Below, in pieces: positions 1 through 13,234 of a stretch of 64,000 nucleotides of DNA. Made by a program: the position numbers and the translations under genes. The DNA lies in the NCBI RefSeq assembly GCF_006345805.1, contig NC_043006.1:3100001-3164000 (forward strand). Reading direction: 5' to 3'. The notes below the pieces were generated by a model. The model was not told the origin of the DNA. It was given only the letters and a program-made list of their open reading frames with translations, and did no database searches. Position 1 is the first letter of the stretch, and each line of letters starts with the position of its first letter. Origin of the DNA: Octopus sinensis (taxonomy: Eukaryota).

Positions 1-474
1 AAAAGGCGGACTACTGCAGAGTTTTTGTAAGCCGAAATTCCACACAAGAAAATTTCACACAAGAGAGTAAAAGATGCATTTGTTGAAACTAAGGGTATAT
101 CTGAGGTACCTTTCAGTGGGTCGAACCCAGAACCGGGTGTTTGCAAACTTTAAACTCTTCACCTTACAACCATACAAGGACTCATGTGCAGTTTACGTAA
201 GACATGATTTCATTGTACTTTGGATGGGATACAATGGAGTGCTGTTCTGTACAAGGATGGGCTTTTTATGTACAGACTACCGGTCTATGTCAACACTCAC
301 ATCCATGAAATCCTGTAAATATTGGTTCTTGTATTACCGCGACTTATTAGTAATTTACTGAAAAAAACAACAATTCTGTTCCTGGCTGCAAACTTGCATT
401 GAATTACACAATCCATAAACATCCTGTATCTCTCTGTTTTGTATATTATGATCAGAATCATGATCATCATCATC

Positions 475-917
475 GAGTGAGAGCAGCGCATGCCATCAAA
501 GTGACACTGGGGCAATATACGCACCATGAAGCCCAATATACCCATCATGACTACCCGTCTGATAAGGATACTCCTGGCACAGGCATTGCAACCATACGTA
601 GGTGCATTATGATCCCGTATCAAGATAAACAATGCATGACGTTGCAAGTGGGACCCAGTTATAATTTCTCCAGGTCAAGTAGCCCATCCCATTCAAAAGG
701 TCACTGAATAAGGGTTGTTTAAGGATGATGAACGAAACACCCATGATTCCAGAGGTTAATTATTCAACCCTCAAAGAATTCCTCTCAACACCACTCCTAC
801 TCATGATCAGAGATGCACATATTGTCAGCCACTAAGAGAAACACTCAACTGGTTAACAGACACCCTCAACTGACCAGCAAATTTGTGGTACTGAGCAGAA
901 ATATTTGTACTCCATCT
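475..917 (-). mobile_element. Non-coding (AAT/GAT)n-tailed repeat 'element X', 5'-truncated copy
   Basis: Homologous to 1219-1716, 4835-5178, 7341-7856 and 24861-25003. Shared 3' end of the form ...GATGGCATGC..CTCTCACTC runs into a (GAT/AAT)n tail. Confidence 0.8.
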
Positions 918-1052
918 TCTTCTTCTTCTTCTTCTTCTTCTTCTTCTTCTTCTTCTTCTTCTTCTTCTTCTTCTTCTTCTTCTTCTTCTTCTTCCTCCTC
1001 CTCCTCCTCCTCCTCCTCCTCCTCCTTCCCCTCCTCCCCTCCTCTTCTTCTT

Positions 1053-1102
<50 letters not shown>

Positions 1103-1133
1103 CATCATCATCATCATAATAATAGTAAATATA

Positions 1134-1210
<77 letters not shown>

Positions 1211-1218
1211 ATTATTAT
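916..1218. repeat. Compound microsatellite (TTC)n-(TCC)n-(ATT)n-(ATC)n-(AAT)n-(ATT)n
   Basis: Directly visible. Strand polarity of the AAT motif switches twice. Confidence 0.95.
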
Positions 1219-1716
1219 TGAGTGAGAGAGCATGCATGTCATCAAAGTGACACTGGGGTAAAATATACGAAGTCCAGTATACACATCATGACTACCCGTC
1301 TCATAAGAGTACACGAGGAACATGCATCACAACCATATGTGCGCGATATGGTGATCTCATATCAAGATAAACAGCGCATGACCTTGCAGGTGGGATCCAG
1401 TTAGTATTTTCTTCAGGTCGAGTAGCCCATCCCGCTCAAAAGGTCCTTGAATAAGGCTTGTTTAAGGATGCTGAACGAAACACCCATATTTCCGGAGGTG
1501 AATTATTCAAATCCCAAAGAATTCCTCTCAACACATGGCTATGATGCTCCCCCACTACTCCTGCTCGTGATCAGAGATGCACATATCGTCAGCCACTAAG
1601 GGACATGCTCAACTGGTTAAGGTCAAGCAACTGACAAGCATATCTGTGGTATTGAGTAGAATATTTGCCGTAGTCCATCTATGATTCCATGACAAAACAT
1701 GTACATGATAACACTC
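1219..1716 (-). mobile_element. Element X copy
   Basis: Reverse complement aligns along 7341-7856. (AAT)n tail lies at 1191-1218. Confidence 0.85.
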
Positions 1717-1729
1717 GTAAAGGAGAGGC

Positions 1730-2160
1730 ACGCTCTAAAACACTTGAGCAGTAATATCCTAAAGATTGCTAGTCATAGCCTCTCAGAGAGTGACCTGTTG
1801 TTTCACATCCATGAAGCACTTAGCCCTATAGTCTCAAATGCCCGCACATATATGCACATGCACAGATAATTCATGGCATTCCTCTCAAGCCCACATAGTC
1901 GATATCAACCTGAAAATTATCCATGAAAAAATATACCAAAGAAAAGAGTATTTGCCGTAAACGTTGTGTATTTAGCCAAACATTTCAACGTATTGCACAA
2001 AAAGACCGTATCAAGTGAAATCCAATCCTCTCGTCTGATTAAATCCCTTATCTTCACAGCTTTGTCCTCCAACACTTTACCAATTACACTATCTTCTCTT
2101 CTTACAGCGATTTTATTACACTTCACACTCAAATTATTTCTCGCCTCCGCCTCATAAATC
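1730..2160 (-). mobile_element. Possible degenerate L1/Tx1-type LINE 3' fragment
   Basis: Minus frame KIRDLIRREDWISLDTVF...YRLCGLERNAMNYLCMC weakly resembles the C-terminal CCHC region. Several stop codons. Confidence 0.35.
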
Positions 2161-2269
2161 GCAACGTAACAACCCCATGTTTTAGGGGTATGTTTCGTTA
2201 TTCTTATCTTAATCCCATTTGTTTTGTCTGTTTCTAGTGTTTATAATCGCGCTATATGACCTCTAACAG

Positions 2270-2284
2270 ACACTACTACTACTG

Positions 2285-2349
<65 letters not shown>

Positions 2350-2394
2350 GCTACTACTACTACTACTACTACTACTACTCTACTACTACTACTG

Positions 2395-2429
<35 letters not shown>

Positions 2430-2430
2430 G

Positions 2431-2465
<35 letters not shown>

Positions 2466-2466
2466 G

Positions 2467-2520
<54 letters not shown>

Positions 2521-2522
2521 AC
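2270..2522. repeat. (ACT)n microsatellite with GCT interruptions
   Basis: Directly visible. Confidence 0.97.
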
Positions 2523-2843
2523 GCCACCGCCACCTACACTGACAGAACTACTGTCTCCAGCTATGTGACGTGATAAATTCATATTAGATTTACGTACAAT
2601 ACTTAAGCACATTTCATCAACCTTTTTAAACTGGTTCTTTTCCAGTTTACCTCAAGAGACAAGCTTCTAGAATATATATAGGTACCCCAGTGGCATCACT
2701 ACCACGAAATATACATAGATATAGACCTTATACGTACATACATACATACATACATATGTATACATATAGATATATCTTCATATATGTACATATTTATACA
2801 TACATACATACCCACACATACTAACACACGTATAAACACATAT

Positions 2844-2916
<73 letters not shown>

Positions 2917-3095
2917 CACAAATATGTGTGAGTGTGCATATGCGTGTGTGGATACGATTTCTGGCGTTCCTTTGGCGCATTTTGTAATGAAAATGATTTC
3001 GTCTGTGTTTTGCTCCGATTACATATCAGAATGCTAAACATTCAATGTTAATTAATAGCCATATGGTTGTTACACCTTATTTATGTTAATAATGA

Positions 3096-4651
3096 TTATA
3101 GTGGCTTCAAAAGGTGGCCTAAACAATTAGGAACAACCCCAGAAAAGTTCTATTAAAACAACGAACTCAGCACCTGAACAACTCTGGACCCCAATAACAA
3201 TGGACGAGGTCATCCAGGCACTGCAAAATCTAAGCAACTGGAATGCATCCGGGCACGATAAGATCCTCGACTTCTGGTTAAAATATCTGACAGGAAAACA
3301 CAAAAGCTGGCCGAGAAATTTAATGACATACTAGCAGAGCCAGAAGACAATGCTTGAATGGCTGACGAAAGGGGAGACTATCCTAATTTCCAAATCCACT
3401 GAAACGGCTAACCCACAAAATTACATACCAATAACTTGTCTTCCTACAATTTACAAAGACTCTACTGCAATAATATCTCAGAGAATGAGCAGAAGGGATG
3501 CTGCAAGGGCTTATACGGCTGTAAAGATCAACTAATGATCAATAAAGCCATAATTGAAGACAGCCGCAGAAAGGAGAAAGGTCTTACTATGGCCTGGATA
3601 GAAACCTGGTCTAAACACAATAGCTTATATATATATTCTGAATGTAGTTCCATATAAATCTTTAATAATTTTTTTTATACGTAAGACCATCAGAAATGTT
3701 AAGATATCAGCCTCTACCCACGTTGTCATGCTTTGATTAAAAGGTTACAGCATGGATTAGATTACTTAGATAAGTTTCGGCCGAAGTTGAAAACGAATGA
3801 AACTGAAAATAGGTGGCTGAAGAAAAGAATGCATGGACAATTTAATAGCGATGCTGAAGATAAGACAGACAGAGAAAAAAGATGGCTGTGGATGACTAAA
3901 AGTGATTTAAAACCGGAAACAGAGGTTCTAATCTGTGCTGCCCAAGAGCAAGCACTAAGAACAAGCGACATAAAATACAGAGTAGACAACACATCAGGAG
4001 TGATAAGTGCAGAATCTGTAGACAAAATGGTGAAACCGTATGGCATATTACCAGCCAACGTACGCCACTAGCCCAGAAGGAATATAAGAGACACCACGAC
4101 AATATAGCAAGGCTTGTCCATTGGACACTTTGCAACAAGTATGGACTTGACAGAGAAAAAAATTGTTACAACCACAAACTCGAAAGCATCAACGAAAATG
4201 ATAATGCAAAGATCCTATGGGATTTTATGATTCAGTGTGACCATGAGATAGAGAATAGGAAGCCAGACATAGACTTAATTGAGAAAGAAAGCAAACTATG
4301 CTGGATCATAGATATAGCATGCCCAGCTGACAACAAGGTATGCGATAAGGAAGAAAGAAAAGTTGATAGGTATGACAGGTTAGCTTGGGCGGTTAAGCAG
4401 TTGTGGTTGATGAAAAAGGTGGTATTAGTACCAATAATTGTTGGAGCCCTGGGAACAGTGAGTAAAAACCTCGAGAAGTACATGGAACAAATAAGGGCTG
4501 CAATAAGGGTGGAGCACTTTCAGAAAACAGCATTGCTTGGAACCGCTCGAACACTCCGGAAGGTGCTAGAAAAATAAGAGGTGTTACCTTAGTTCACTGG
4601 TAGTGAACAGCTGACACCGTAGTACATCTCCAGCGTTAGAAGCTGTGCAAA

Positions 4652-4653
<2 letters not shown>
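3096..4653 (+). mobile_element. R4/Dong-type non-LTR retrotransposon (RT plus RLE endonuclease), internally deleted and degenerate
   Basis: RT pieces NYIPITCLPTIYK and EQKGCCKGLYGCKDQLMINKAI; ICAAQEQALRT; RLE motif RKPDIDLIEK..IIDIACP..PIIVGALG..KTALLGTARTLRK. (AAT)n tail starts at 4654. Confidence 0.9.
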
Positions 4654-4733
<80 letters not shown>

Positions 4734-4739
4734 GTAGTA

Positions 4740-4809
<70 letters not shown>

Positions 4810-4834
4810 TAATAATAATAATAATAATAATAAT
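4654..4834. repeat. (AAT)n tail/target array
   Basis: Directly visible between the LINE 3' end and element X. Confidence 0.95.
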
Positions 4835-5177
4835 AGAAGTAGTGGGGAGCATCATAGTCATGTTTGAGAGGGATTCTTTGGGGTTTGAATGATTCACCTC
4901 TGGAAACATGGGTGTTTCATTCAACATCCTTAAACAACCCTTAATCAGGGACCTTTTGAGTGGGATGGGTTACCCAACCTGAAGAAAATTCTAACTGGGC
5001 CCCACCCGCAAGGTCATGCGTTGTTTATCTTGATATTCGATCACCATGTCGCGCACATATGGTTGTGATGCATGTGCCTGGCGTACCCTTATCAGACGGG
5101 TAGTCATGATGGGTATACTGGGCTTCGTATATCTGAACCCCAGTGTCACTTTGATGGCATGCACTGCTCTCTCACTC

Positions 5178-5178
<1 letters not shown>
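4835..5178 (+). mobile_element. Element X, 5'-truncated, with (AAT)n on both sides
   Basis: Homology to the other X copies. Flanks 4654-4834 and 5179-5377 are (AAT)n. Confidence 0.85.
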
Positions 5179-5229
<51 letters not shown>

Positions 5230-5255
5230 GTTATAATAATTATAATAATAATTAT

Positions 5256-5377
<122 letters not shown>

Positions 5378-7138
5378 CAGGGAGACACGCTCTCTCCACT
5401 CCTTTTCTGCTTGGCACTGTCACCTCTATCTGATATGCTAAATAGAACTGGATGCGGATATAAATGTTACGGCAAAACGATCAGCCACCTTTTATATATG
5501 GATGACTTAAAACTATACGCTGCAAATGACAAACAGCTGGAAACACTATTAAAGACAGTTCATGGATTTACCAAAGAAATAGATATGAAATTTGGATTAG
5601 AAAAATGCGCCAAAGTAACCATGAAAAGAGGAAAACTAGTTAAGAGTAACAACATCACACTAGATAAAACCAATGAAATAAAAGAATTAGACCAAAGCCA
5701 ACTTACAATACTTAGGAATCCATGAACTAGATAAGACACAGCACACACAAATGAAAGAGAAAATAAAAAAAAAGAATATTATAGACGAGTTAGATCAATA
5801 CTAAACACAGAGCTCAATGCTAAAAACAAGATAATAGGTATCAACACTTTAGCTGTCCCAGTTATAAGTTACAGCTACAATATCCTTAACTGGCACGAAA
5901 TGAACTGACCAAAATAGATAGGAACAAAAAAATAATGACAGGATCTAGGATGCATCACCCAAAATCTGACATAGAAGACTATATATACAACGTATAGAAG
6001 GTGGTAGAGGCCTTATACAGCTGGAAAACTACTATAAAATACCACCATAGGACTGCAAAATATCTACTTCAGAAGGAAAGAAAACTGATCCAGATAGTGG
6101 CAAAACAACGAGCAAAACAAAAAACTGTTCTCAGTATTTAAGGAAGCTGACAAATACAAACAAGAAATCATACCACCTAATAACATGAAGAAGAAGAAGA
6201 AGAGGATGAAGAAACAACAAAAGCTATAAAACAAATGAAATCCAAACTAAAAATAGAACAGCAACGAACCATGATAAAACGATGGCAAGAAAAGCCCCTC
6301 ATGGTAAATACTGGACTAAACTAAACGCAAAAGAAATAGACAAAGAAAAATCCAGCAATGGTTGAGAAGCTCAGGACTCAAAGCAGAAACAGAGAGATTT
6401 TTAATTGCAGCACAAGACCAAAGCCTCCCCACCAGAAATTACCAAAACATGTAATGAAAAGAAATATTACAAGTAACTGCAGAATATGTGGAGATGGACA
6501 AGAAACAATATCATATTATCTCTCTAGCTGCCCAGTCTTGCTAAGAAGGAATATATTCACAGACATGACAGAGTTGGAACCTACATACATTGGAAGCTAT
6601 GCCAACATTATGGAATAACAACAGAAAAAAGATGGTATAGGCACACACCAGAAAAGGTCACAGAAAACGAGAAAGCAACCATACTCTGAGATATGCCGAT
6701 ACACAGATAGAGAAATTAAGGCCAACAGACCAGATATAGTTGTCAGAGATCATGAGAAAAAAAATGCTTCTAATTGATGTATCAATACCGGCTGATGACA
6801 ACGTGTCTCTAAAAGAAATGGAGAAACTCTCAAAATACAAAGACCTGGAAATAGAGGTAACTAGAATGTGGAATCTGAAAACAGAAACAATTCCTATCAT
6901 AGTAGGTGCATTAGGCATGATAAAAAAATATTCAGACAAATACATAACAAAAACACCAGGACTTACAAACACATATAACATACAGAAAATTGCACTACTA
7001 GGCACTGCACACATCCTACGCAGAACACTTTCCATACAATAACCATCAGAGCATCACAACAAATCACAGCACATACCCAGGCACACAGAGCTGCGCTCGG
7101 TAGTGAAGTGAAAGCACGCTATAAAAATAAAACTACTG
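5378..7138 (+). mobile_element. R4/Dong-type LINE (second family), 5'-truncated within RT, frameshifted
   Basis: Starts at QGDTLSPLLF; YMDDLKLYA catalytic motif; CRICG...CP zinc knuckle; RPDIVV..IDVSIP..KYKDLEIE..PIIVGALG. (AAT)n on both flanks. Confidence 0.95.
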
Positions 7139-7139
7139 A

Positions 7140-7174
<35 letters not shown>

Positions 7175-7181
7175 TAATAAT

Positions 7182-7213
<32 letters not shown>

Positions 7214-7282
7214 GTTATAATAATATAATAATAATTAAATAATAATAATAATAAATAATAATAATAATAATAAAATAATAAC

Positions 7283-7335
<53 letters not shown>

Positions 7336-7340
7336 TAAAT
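7139..7340. repeat. (AAT)n tail/target array
   Basis: Directly visible. Confidence 0.95.
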
Positions 7341-7856
7341 GCCCTGATGCAGTACCAGGCAGTGGCTCTCATGGCTTCTGATCTTAACTGATTGGAAGTG
7401 TTATCATCTACATTGTTTTGCCTTGGTATAAAAGATGGGCTACAGCAAATATTCTGCTCAATACCACAGATTTACTTGTCAGTTGTTTGACCTTAACCAG
7501 TTGAGCATGTCCCTTAGTGGCTGACGATATGTGCATCTCTGATCACGAGCAGAAGTAGTGGGGGAGCATCATAGACATGTGTTGAGAGGAATTCTTTGGA
7601 GTTTGGATAATTCACCTCTGGAAATATGGGTGTTTCGTTCAACATCTTTAAACAACCCTTATTCAGGGACCTTTTGAGTCGTTTAGGCCACTTGACCTGA
7701 AGAAAATTCTAACTGTGATCACCTTGTCGCGCACATACAGTTGCGATGCAAGTGCCTGGTGTACCCTCATCAGACGGGTAGTCATAATGGGTATACTGGA
7801 TTTTGTATATTTTAGCTCAGTGTCACACTGATGGCATGCAATGCTCTCTCGCTCCG
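7341..7856 (+). mobile_element. Element X, longest copy (small internal deletion)
   Basis: Begins GCCCTGATGCAGTACCAGG directly after (AAT)n and ends in (AAT)(GAT)n. Confidence 0.85.
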
Positions 7857-7889
7857 TAATAATGATGATGATGATGATGATGATGATAA

Positions 7890-8940
7890 GACGTTTAACA
7901 GAACACCGGGGACTTTTAGCCTGAGAGAACGATAAAGCAATTGTTCTGAAATCAATCCAACAACATCGAGAATAAAGATTTCAAAAATGAAACCTAAAAA
8001 AAAGAAGGCCTTTTAAAATGTTGGACCATAATCGAGTAAGTAATACGGATTAAAATGTATTTTTATTTTTCCAAATTAAATGATGTATTACAAATGTCTA
8101 CAATCACCAACTTTCTCGTAACACGTGTAAACACAATCGCCAGAAAATGGTTCCTTTTAACGACAGACCGCTTCCGTCCCTCACCATCAAGACACAAGAA
8201 ATAACAAACAGGAAGTGCTTATTACAAAAAATGTACGAAAAATTACACTTCCAAAACTCTTTAAAACCAGAAACGATCGGACCGACGTCCTACGAAAATG
8301 ATGACAACGTAAATAAAGGGCCGGACGTCACTCCCCACGTCTCACAAATAAAATATAGAAAAAAAAAACATAAGTGGACACGTGAAGAATTTGTTTCTAT
8401 CCTACATGTTTATCGTATAGCAATATTCTACCCTTAAAACGAAAGTACAACTGCTTCCTCATATAAAGTGTGGAAGAAATGTAACCCAGATCTAGATACA
8501 TCGATGAACACCAATGAACTAATATAGGGAAATACATCCTCAAAATAAGAAGGGATCAGAAATTGAAATAGAGCATTTAAAACAAAAATGCTCCACGAAA
8601 ATAGATATGGCACCCTTAGAATACCTAAAAATGATATAAATAATGAGAATGCAAAACACGAAGACAGACATAACAACAAAAACGAAATAACGAAACACAA
8701 CAAACTCAGAAGCTAGGACTGCTCAATGAAGAGCAAAATACTCCGAACCAGAACAGAATAGTCAAAGACAGACCCGAGAAAGAATGTGGAGCAAAGCTAA
8801 AACCTGGAAATGAGGAAATCGGAAACCATAATTATGATATTTTAAAACTGAGAATAATCGAAGAATTAAAAGACATGGAAGTACTTAGTATGGGCCACGA
8901 GTGTACCTCCAAAAAATTAGACTTAATAATAAAACAACAA
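7890..8940 (+). mobile_element. Probable 5' (N-terminal) portion of an R4/Dong-type LINE
   Basis: KKHKWTREEFVSILHVY..P followed by ESTTASSYKVWKKCNPDLDT..SEIEIEHLKQK, resembling R4-clade ORF N-termini. Frameshifted. Confidence 0.55.
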
Positions 8941-8954
8941 CAGTCCTTTCTGCT

Positions 8955-9339
8955 ATAGGCACAAGGCCTGAAATTTGGTGGGAGGGCACAGTCGATTAGG
9001 TCAGCTCCAGTATGCAACTGGTACTTAATTTATCAACCCCGAAACGATGAAAGGCAAAGTCGACCACAAAGCAATTTGAACTCAGAACATAAAGACAGAC
9101 GAAATACCTATTTCTTTACTACCCACAAGGGGCTAAACACAGAGAGGACAAGCAAGGAGAGACAGGAGGATTAAGTCGTTTATATCGACCCCAGTGCGTA
9201 ACTGGTACTTAATTTATCGACCCCGAAAGGATAAAAGGCAAAGTCGACCTCGGCGGTATTTGAACTCAGAACGTAACGGCAGACGAAATACCGCAAAGCA
9301 TTTCGCCCGGCGTGCTAACGATTCTGCCAGCTCACCGCT
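8955..9339 (-). mobile_element. tRNA-derived SINE family B, dimeric form
   Basis: Head GCGGTGAGCTGGCAGAATCGTTAGC...GAGTTCAAAT. A full monomer is fused to a partial second monomer. Confidence 0.85.
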
Positions 9340-9441
9340 TTGACAAAACCAGCAACAATAATAAAACATATTTGTCTATTACAGATGTAATCGCATTTAT
9401 TATATTATTTAGTCTGGTCAATATGACAGACACAAAATCAA

Positions 9442-9654
9442 GCGGTGAGCTGGCAAAATCCTTAGCGCGCCGGACAAAATGCTTAGCAGCATTCCGTCTG
9501 TCTTTACTTTGTGAGTTCAAACTTCGCCGAGGTCGACTTTGCCTTTCATTCTTTCGGGGTCGATAAAATAAGTTCCAGATGAGTATTGGAATCGATGTAA
9601 TCGACTTACCCTCCTCACGAAAGTGCTGGCTTTGTGTCAACATTTGTAACCAAT
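9442..9654 (+). mobile_element. SINE family B monomer
   Basis: Same head and GGGGTCGATAAA body as other copies. Confidence 0.85.
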
Positions 9655-9695
9655 ATGACACTCATACAAACACACACACATGCGCACGCACGCAC

Positions 9696-9747
<52 letters not shown>

Positions 9748-9764
9748 ACATACACACACACAAA

Positions 9765-9930
9765 TATACGACGGGCCTTTTTCAGTTTCCGTCGACCAAA
9801 TCCACTCACAAGGCGTTGATCAGCCGGAGAATATAGCAGAAGAACACTTGCCCATGGTTTCACGCAGTGGGACCGAACTCGTAACCATGTAGTTGGAAGC
9901 ATATTTCTTAGCACACAGCCACGCCTACGT
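9765..9930 (-). mobile_element. tRNA-derived SINE family A (5' half)
   Basis: Matches 28782-29190 and 61020-61195 heads, followed by (CA)n linker. Confidence 0.8.
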
Positions 9931-10334
9931 ACACATACATATGTGGTGTGTGGTGTGTGTGTCTATACATGTATCTGCGTATGTTTTATGAAAGGATGAA
10001 GCATCGTCACAACGGTGGCACTGGCCAAACGGAGATTCAGCTCCGCTACGATACCGTCAGGAGTGCTGTAATCTAATCAATGGTCTCTGATAAAACAGCG
10101 CAACTTTTTTTTCACTACTTGTAACATAAAAATCTATAAATAACAAACCACGCACTAATATTGAACTGAGAGACTGAACTAAATATCAGACGTGACGAAA
10201 GTTTAAAATTTCGTTATCCTTTCATCGAGGCAACAGACAGAACATCGCTGACGTCACAAATCATAAGACTACAACACACTCCTCAATGTATGTAAATTTG
10301 TATGCATGTATGTATATATGTATTTATATATGTA

Positions 10335-10719
10335 CTAGCAGTATCGCCCGGCGTGGCTCAGGTTGTAAGGGAAATAACTATAAAGCATTTTAGAGAGTTA
10401 TAGCCAAAAAATAGCCAAAAAATGGAAAAAAAAATGATGGTAAATTTTTTTTTTGAGAGTAATAAAAGGTTGAGTTGCGTCCCCTAGACAGTCTGTGGTT
10501 TGTTTTCTTTTATTCTCAACCCCATGTCGATTTATCGTTTTTTCAGAACTGGGGGAACTTTTCAAAATTTTCGCCTGCGTAGTTTTGAATTATGACATTG
10601 GGCTATGTGGGTGTGTCAAGTTTCATCAGAATCGGTTGAAAGCCGTGGTCAGGGTGAGGGTACGAGAAAACAGACACACAGAAACACGCACAGACAAACT
10701 GCCGTTTATAAGAGAGAGA
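10335..10719 (-). mobile_element. Non-autonomous Helitron-type element
   Basis: On the minus strand: 5'-TC start, 3'-CTAG end, subterminal GC-rich hairpin remnant, inserted between A and T. Contains AAGTTTCATCAGAATCGG and ACAGAC repeats typical of Lep1-like Helitrons. Confidence 0.75.
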
Positions 10720-10763
10720 TGCGTATACATATATATGTGTGTGTGTATATATATTATATATAT

Positions 10764-11075
10764 TTGTTTGTACACCACCTGTCTTCGTCTTTTGACTTTT
10801 TTCGGAACTCTCGGTATATATATATATAATATATATATATATAATAACGGGAAGCTTTATGAAAATAGACAAAAGACGAAGGCAGGTTTACGGAAATAAA
10901 CAAAAGACGAAGGCAGGTGGAATACAAACAAACAATTGTATTAGTATGGCCTACGCTCTTCAACAGAAAGATACACAGAGAAAAAACACAGAAAGAAGGA
11001 GAGAAAAAAATATGCGTGCAGAAGCTAGCGAATCAACATGGCGATCTGATTTCGGCCAGAAGTCAAAGATCAAAC
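10764..11075. mobile_element. Two tail-to-tail copies of a putative Penelope-like terminal repeat around (TA)n
   Basis: 10764-10818 is inverted relative to 10850-10935. Both are homologous to 54565-54775. Confidence 0.6.
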
Positions 11076-11299
11076 ATGAGACGCAAGAGCGAAATTAGGG
11101 GAGATAATAGGGTGGAATGACCTCACTCCAACATAAGAGTGTGTGTGTGTGTATGAGAAGAGTGTGTGTGTGTGTATGAGAGAGTATTAGTGCGTATATA
11201 TATAAATCGAGAGAGAGAGAGAGAATAATGCAGATAAACAAATAAAACAGTTTGGGTTAGATATATAAAATATACATACACATATATATGCCGATAGAT

Positions 11300-11501
11300 A
11301 GATAGATAGATAGATAGCTAGATAACTAGAAGATAGATAGATAGATAGATAGAGGAGGATAGATAGATAGATAGATAGATAGATAGAGAGATAGAGAGAG
11401 ATGAGAGAGAGGAGAGAGAAAGAGGAGGAGAGAGAGAAAAGAGAGGAGAAGAGAGAGAGAAGAGAGAAAAGAGGAGAAAGAGGAAGAGAAAGCGAGAGAA
11501 A

Positions 11502-11539
<38 letters not shown>

Positions 11540-11600
11540 CGGAGAGAGGAGAGGAGAGAGAGAGAGAGAGAGAGAGGAGAGAGTGAGAGAGAGAGAGAGA
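11300..11600. repeat. (GATA)n followed by (GA)n-rich purine tract
   Basis: Directly visible. Confidence 0.95.
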
Positions 11601-11973
11601 AACTGGAGATATTCAGATGACGAACATTCATGTATAAATATATAGATATTCATATACTAAAAGAGCAGATTTACACATCGTACAAAGACACAGAAAACTA
11701 AGGGATGGTGTGTCACGTCCGACAGCTGTTTCTTGGATCTCAGAATTATGTAATAGTCTTGGGAGATGCAGTTGACGAAAGGTCAAAAATATGCAGCCAG
11801 CAGTGGATGCATGTAATCATTGCATCGAATCCAGCATCTGTCTTGAGGGTGGAGATATTGGTATTTGATATTTCAAATCATAATGCAGGGAAATTTAAAG
11901 GAAGAATGGGTGAAGAGGTAGGCCAACAGAAGATATATTCATATATATATGCATACACACACATGTGATTATA

Positions 11974-12007
<34 letters not shown>

Positions 12008-12355
12008 GTGCGTGTGTGTGTGTGTGTGTGGTGTGTGTGTGTGGTGTGTGTGTGTGTGTATGTGTGTGTAGGTGTGGAGCGAGCAGATACTGTATTCGGA
12101 ATCAGGTATCAAAAATTCAATCGTAATGTTTCTTCATGCTTCCTTCCATTGTTCCCCGGTTTTGAATTTGTGTCTTCTGTTAAAAGTCGCAAACATCTGA
12201 TGTGAAACTGAGTTCAGTCCAGAAGATTCTCCAAATGTCCATCGTTGTACTGATTCAATTCGGTGGCAGGACAGCTGAAAATATAAGACCCCGTAACCAA
12301 AATTTATCTTTACTCGATAAGAGTTCAAGAGTTAATCTCTCTTTCTCCTTTTCTT

Positions 12356-12591
12356 ATTTTTTTTTATTGCCCACAAGGGACTAAACATAGAGGGGGACAA
12401 ACAAGGACAGACAAAGGGATTAAGTCGATTACATCGTCTCGTGTGCGTAATTGGTACTTAATTTATCGCTCCCGAAAGGATGAAAGGCAAAGTCGACCTC
12501 GGCGGAATTTGAACTCAGAACGCAGCGGCGGACGAAATACCACAAAGCATTTCGCCCGGCGTGCTAACCATTCTGCCAGTTCCTCGCCGCC
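12356..12591 (-). mobile_element. SINE family B
   Basis: Homology to other B copies. Confidence 0.85.
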
Positions 12592-12837
12592 TTTTTTATC
12601 TACCAAAGCTCTTCTTTCTCCTTTTCAGTGTCCCAACTACCATTACCACCAATGGCTTGTCATCAATGGCAAACGAGCCCCAATTCAACATCTTTCTCTT
12701 CCTACATTATTTAACAGTAAGTCTTTTATAACTGCAACGGCAACAGCTTTTCTAACAGACTAATATATTGTATTTACTCTAACTCCTTGCAGCTGTGAGG
12801 AACCTCGTAACAGTTAAATAAACGTTAATCTTATAGA

Positions 12838-13116
12838 GGCAGCAGTGGCTGTGTCGTAAGTAGCTTGCTTACCAGCCACATGGTTCCGGGTTCAGTCTCA
12901 CTGCGTGGCACCTTGGGTAAGTGTCTTCTACTATAGCCTCGGCCCGATCAAAGCTTTGTGAGTGGATTTGGTAGATAGAAACTAAAAGAAGCTTGTCGTG
13001 TACATATGTGTGTGTGTTTGTGTGCTTGTGTTTACGCCCCCGTAACTTAGCGGTTCGGCAAAAGAGCTGTTCCGTTGATCGTATCAACTGGGGCTCTCGT
13101 CGTCGTAACCGACGTT
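12838..13116 (+). mobile_element. SINE family A fused to the 3' end of SINE family C
   Basis: A-type head and body to about 13062, then GCTGTTCCGTTGATCG..GTCGTAACCGACG as in 45690-45745. Confidence 0.75.
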
Positions 13117-13122
13117 CCTTTC

Positions 13123-13199
13123 TATCTATCTATCTATCTATCCATTCATCCATCTATCTATCTATCTATCCATCCATCCATCCATCCATCCATCCATCC

Positions 13200-13234
<35 letters not shown>

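Noticed and set aside
74-400. ORF 74-361 as a host exon
   Set aside because: No recognisable domain, overlaps a SINE head fragment, and has no coherent splice pair.
7341-7420. HDV-like ribozyme or U2-derived head at the 5' end of element X
   Set aside because: I could not build the nested double-pseudoknot pairings, and U2 similarity is limited to short words.
11650-12330. Old CR1-like relic (RIESVQR)
   Set aside because: Motifs are weak and in inconsistent order.
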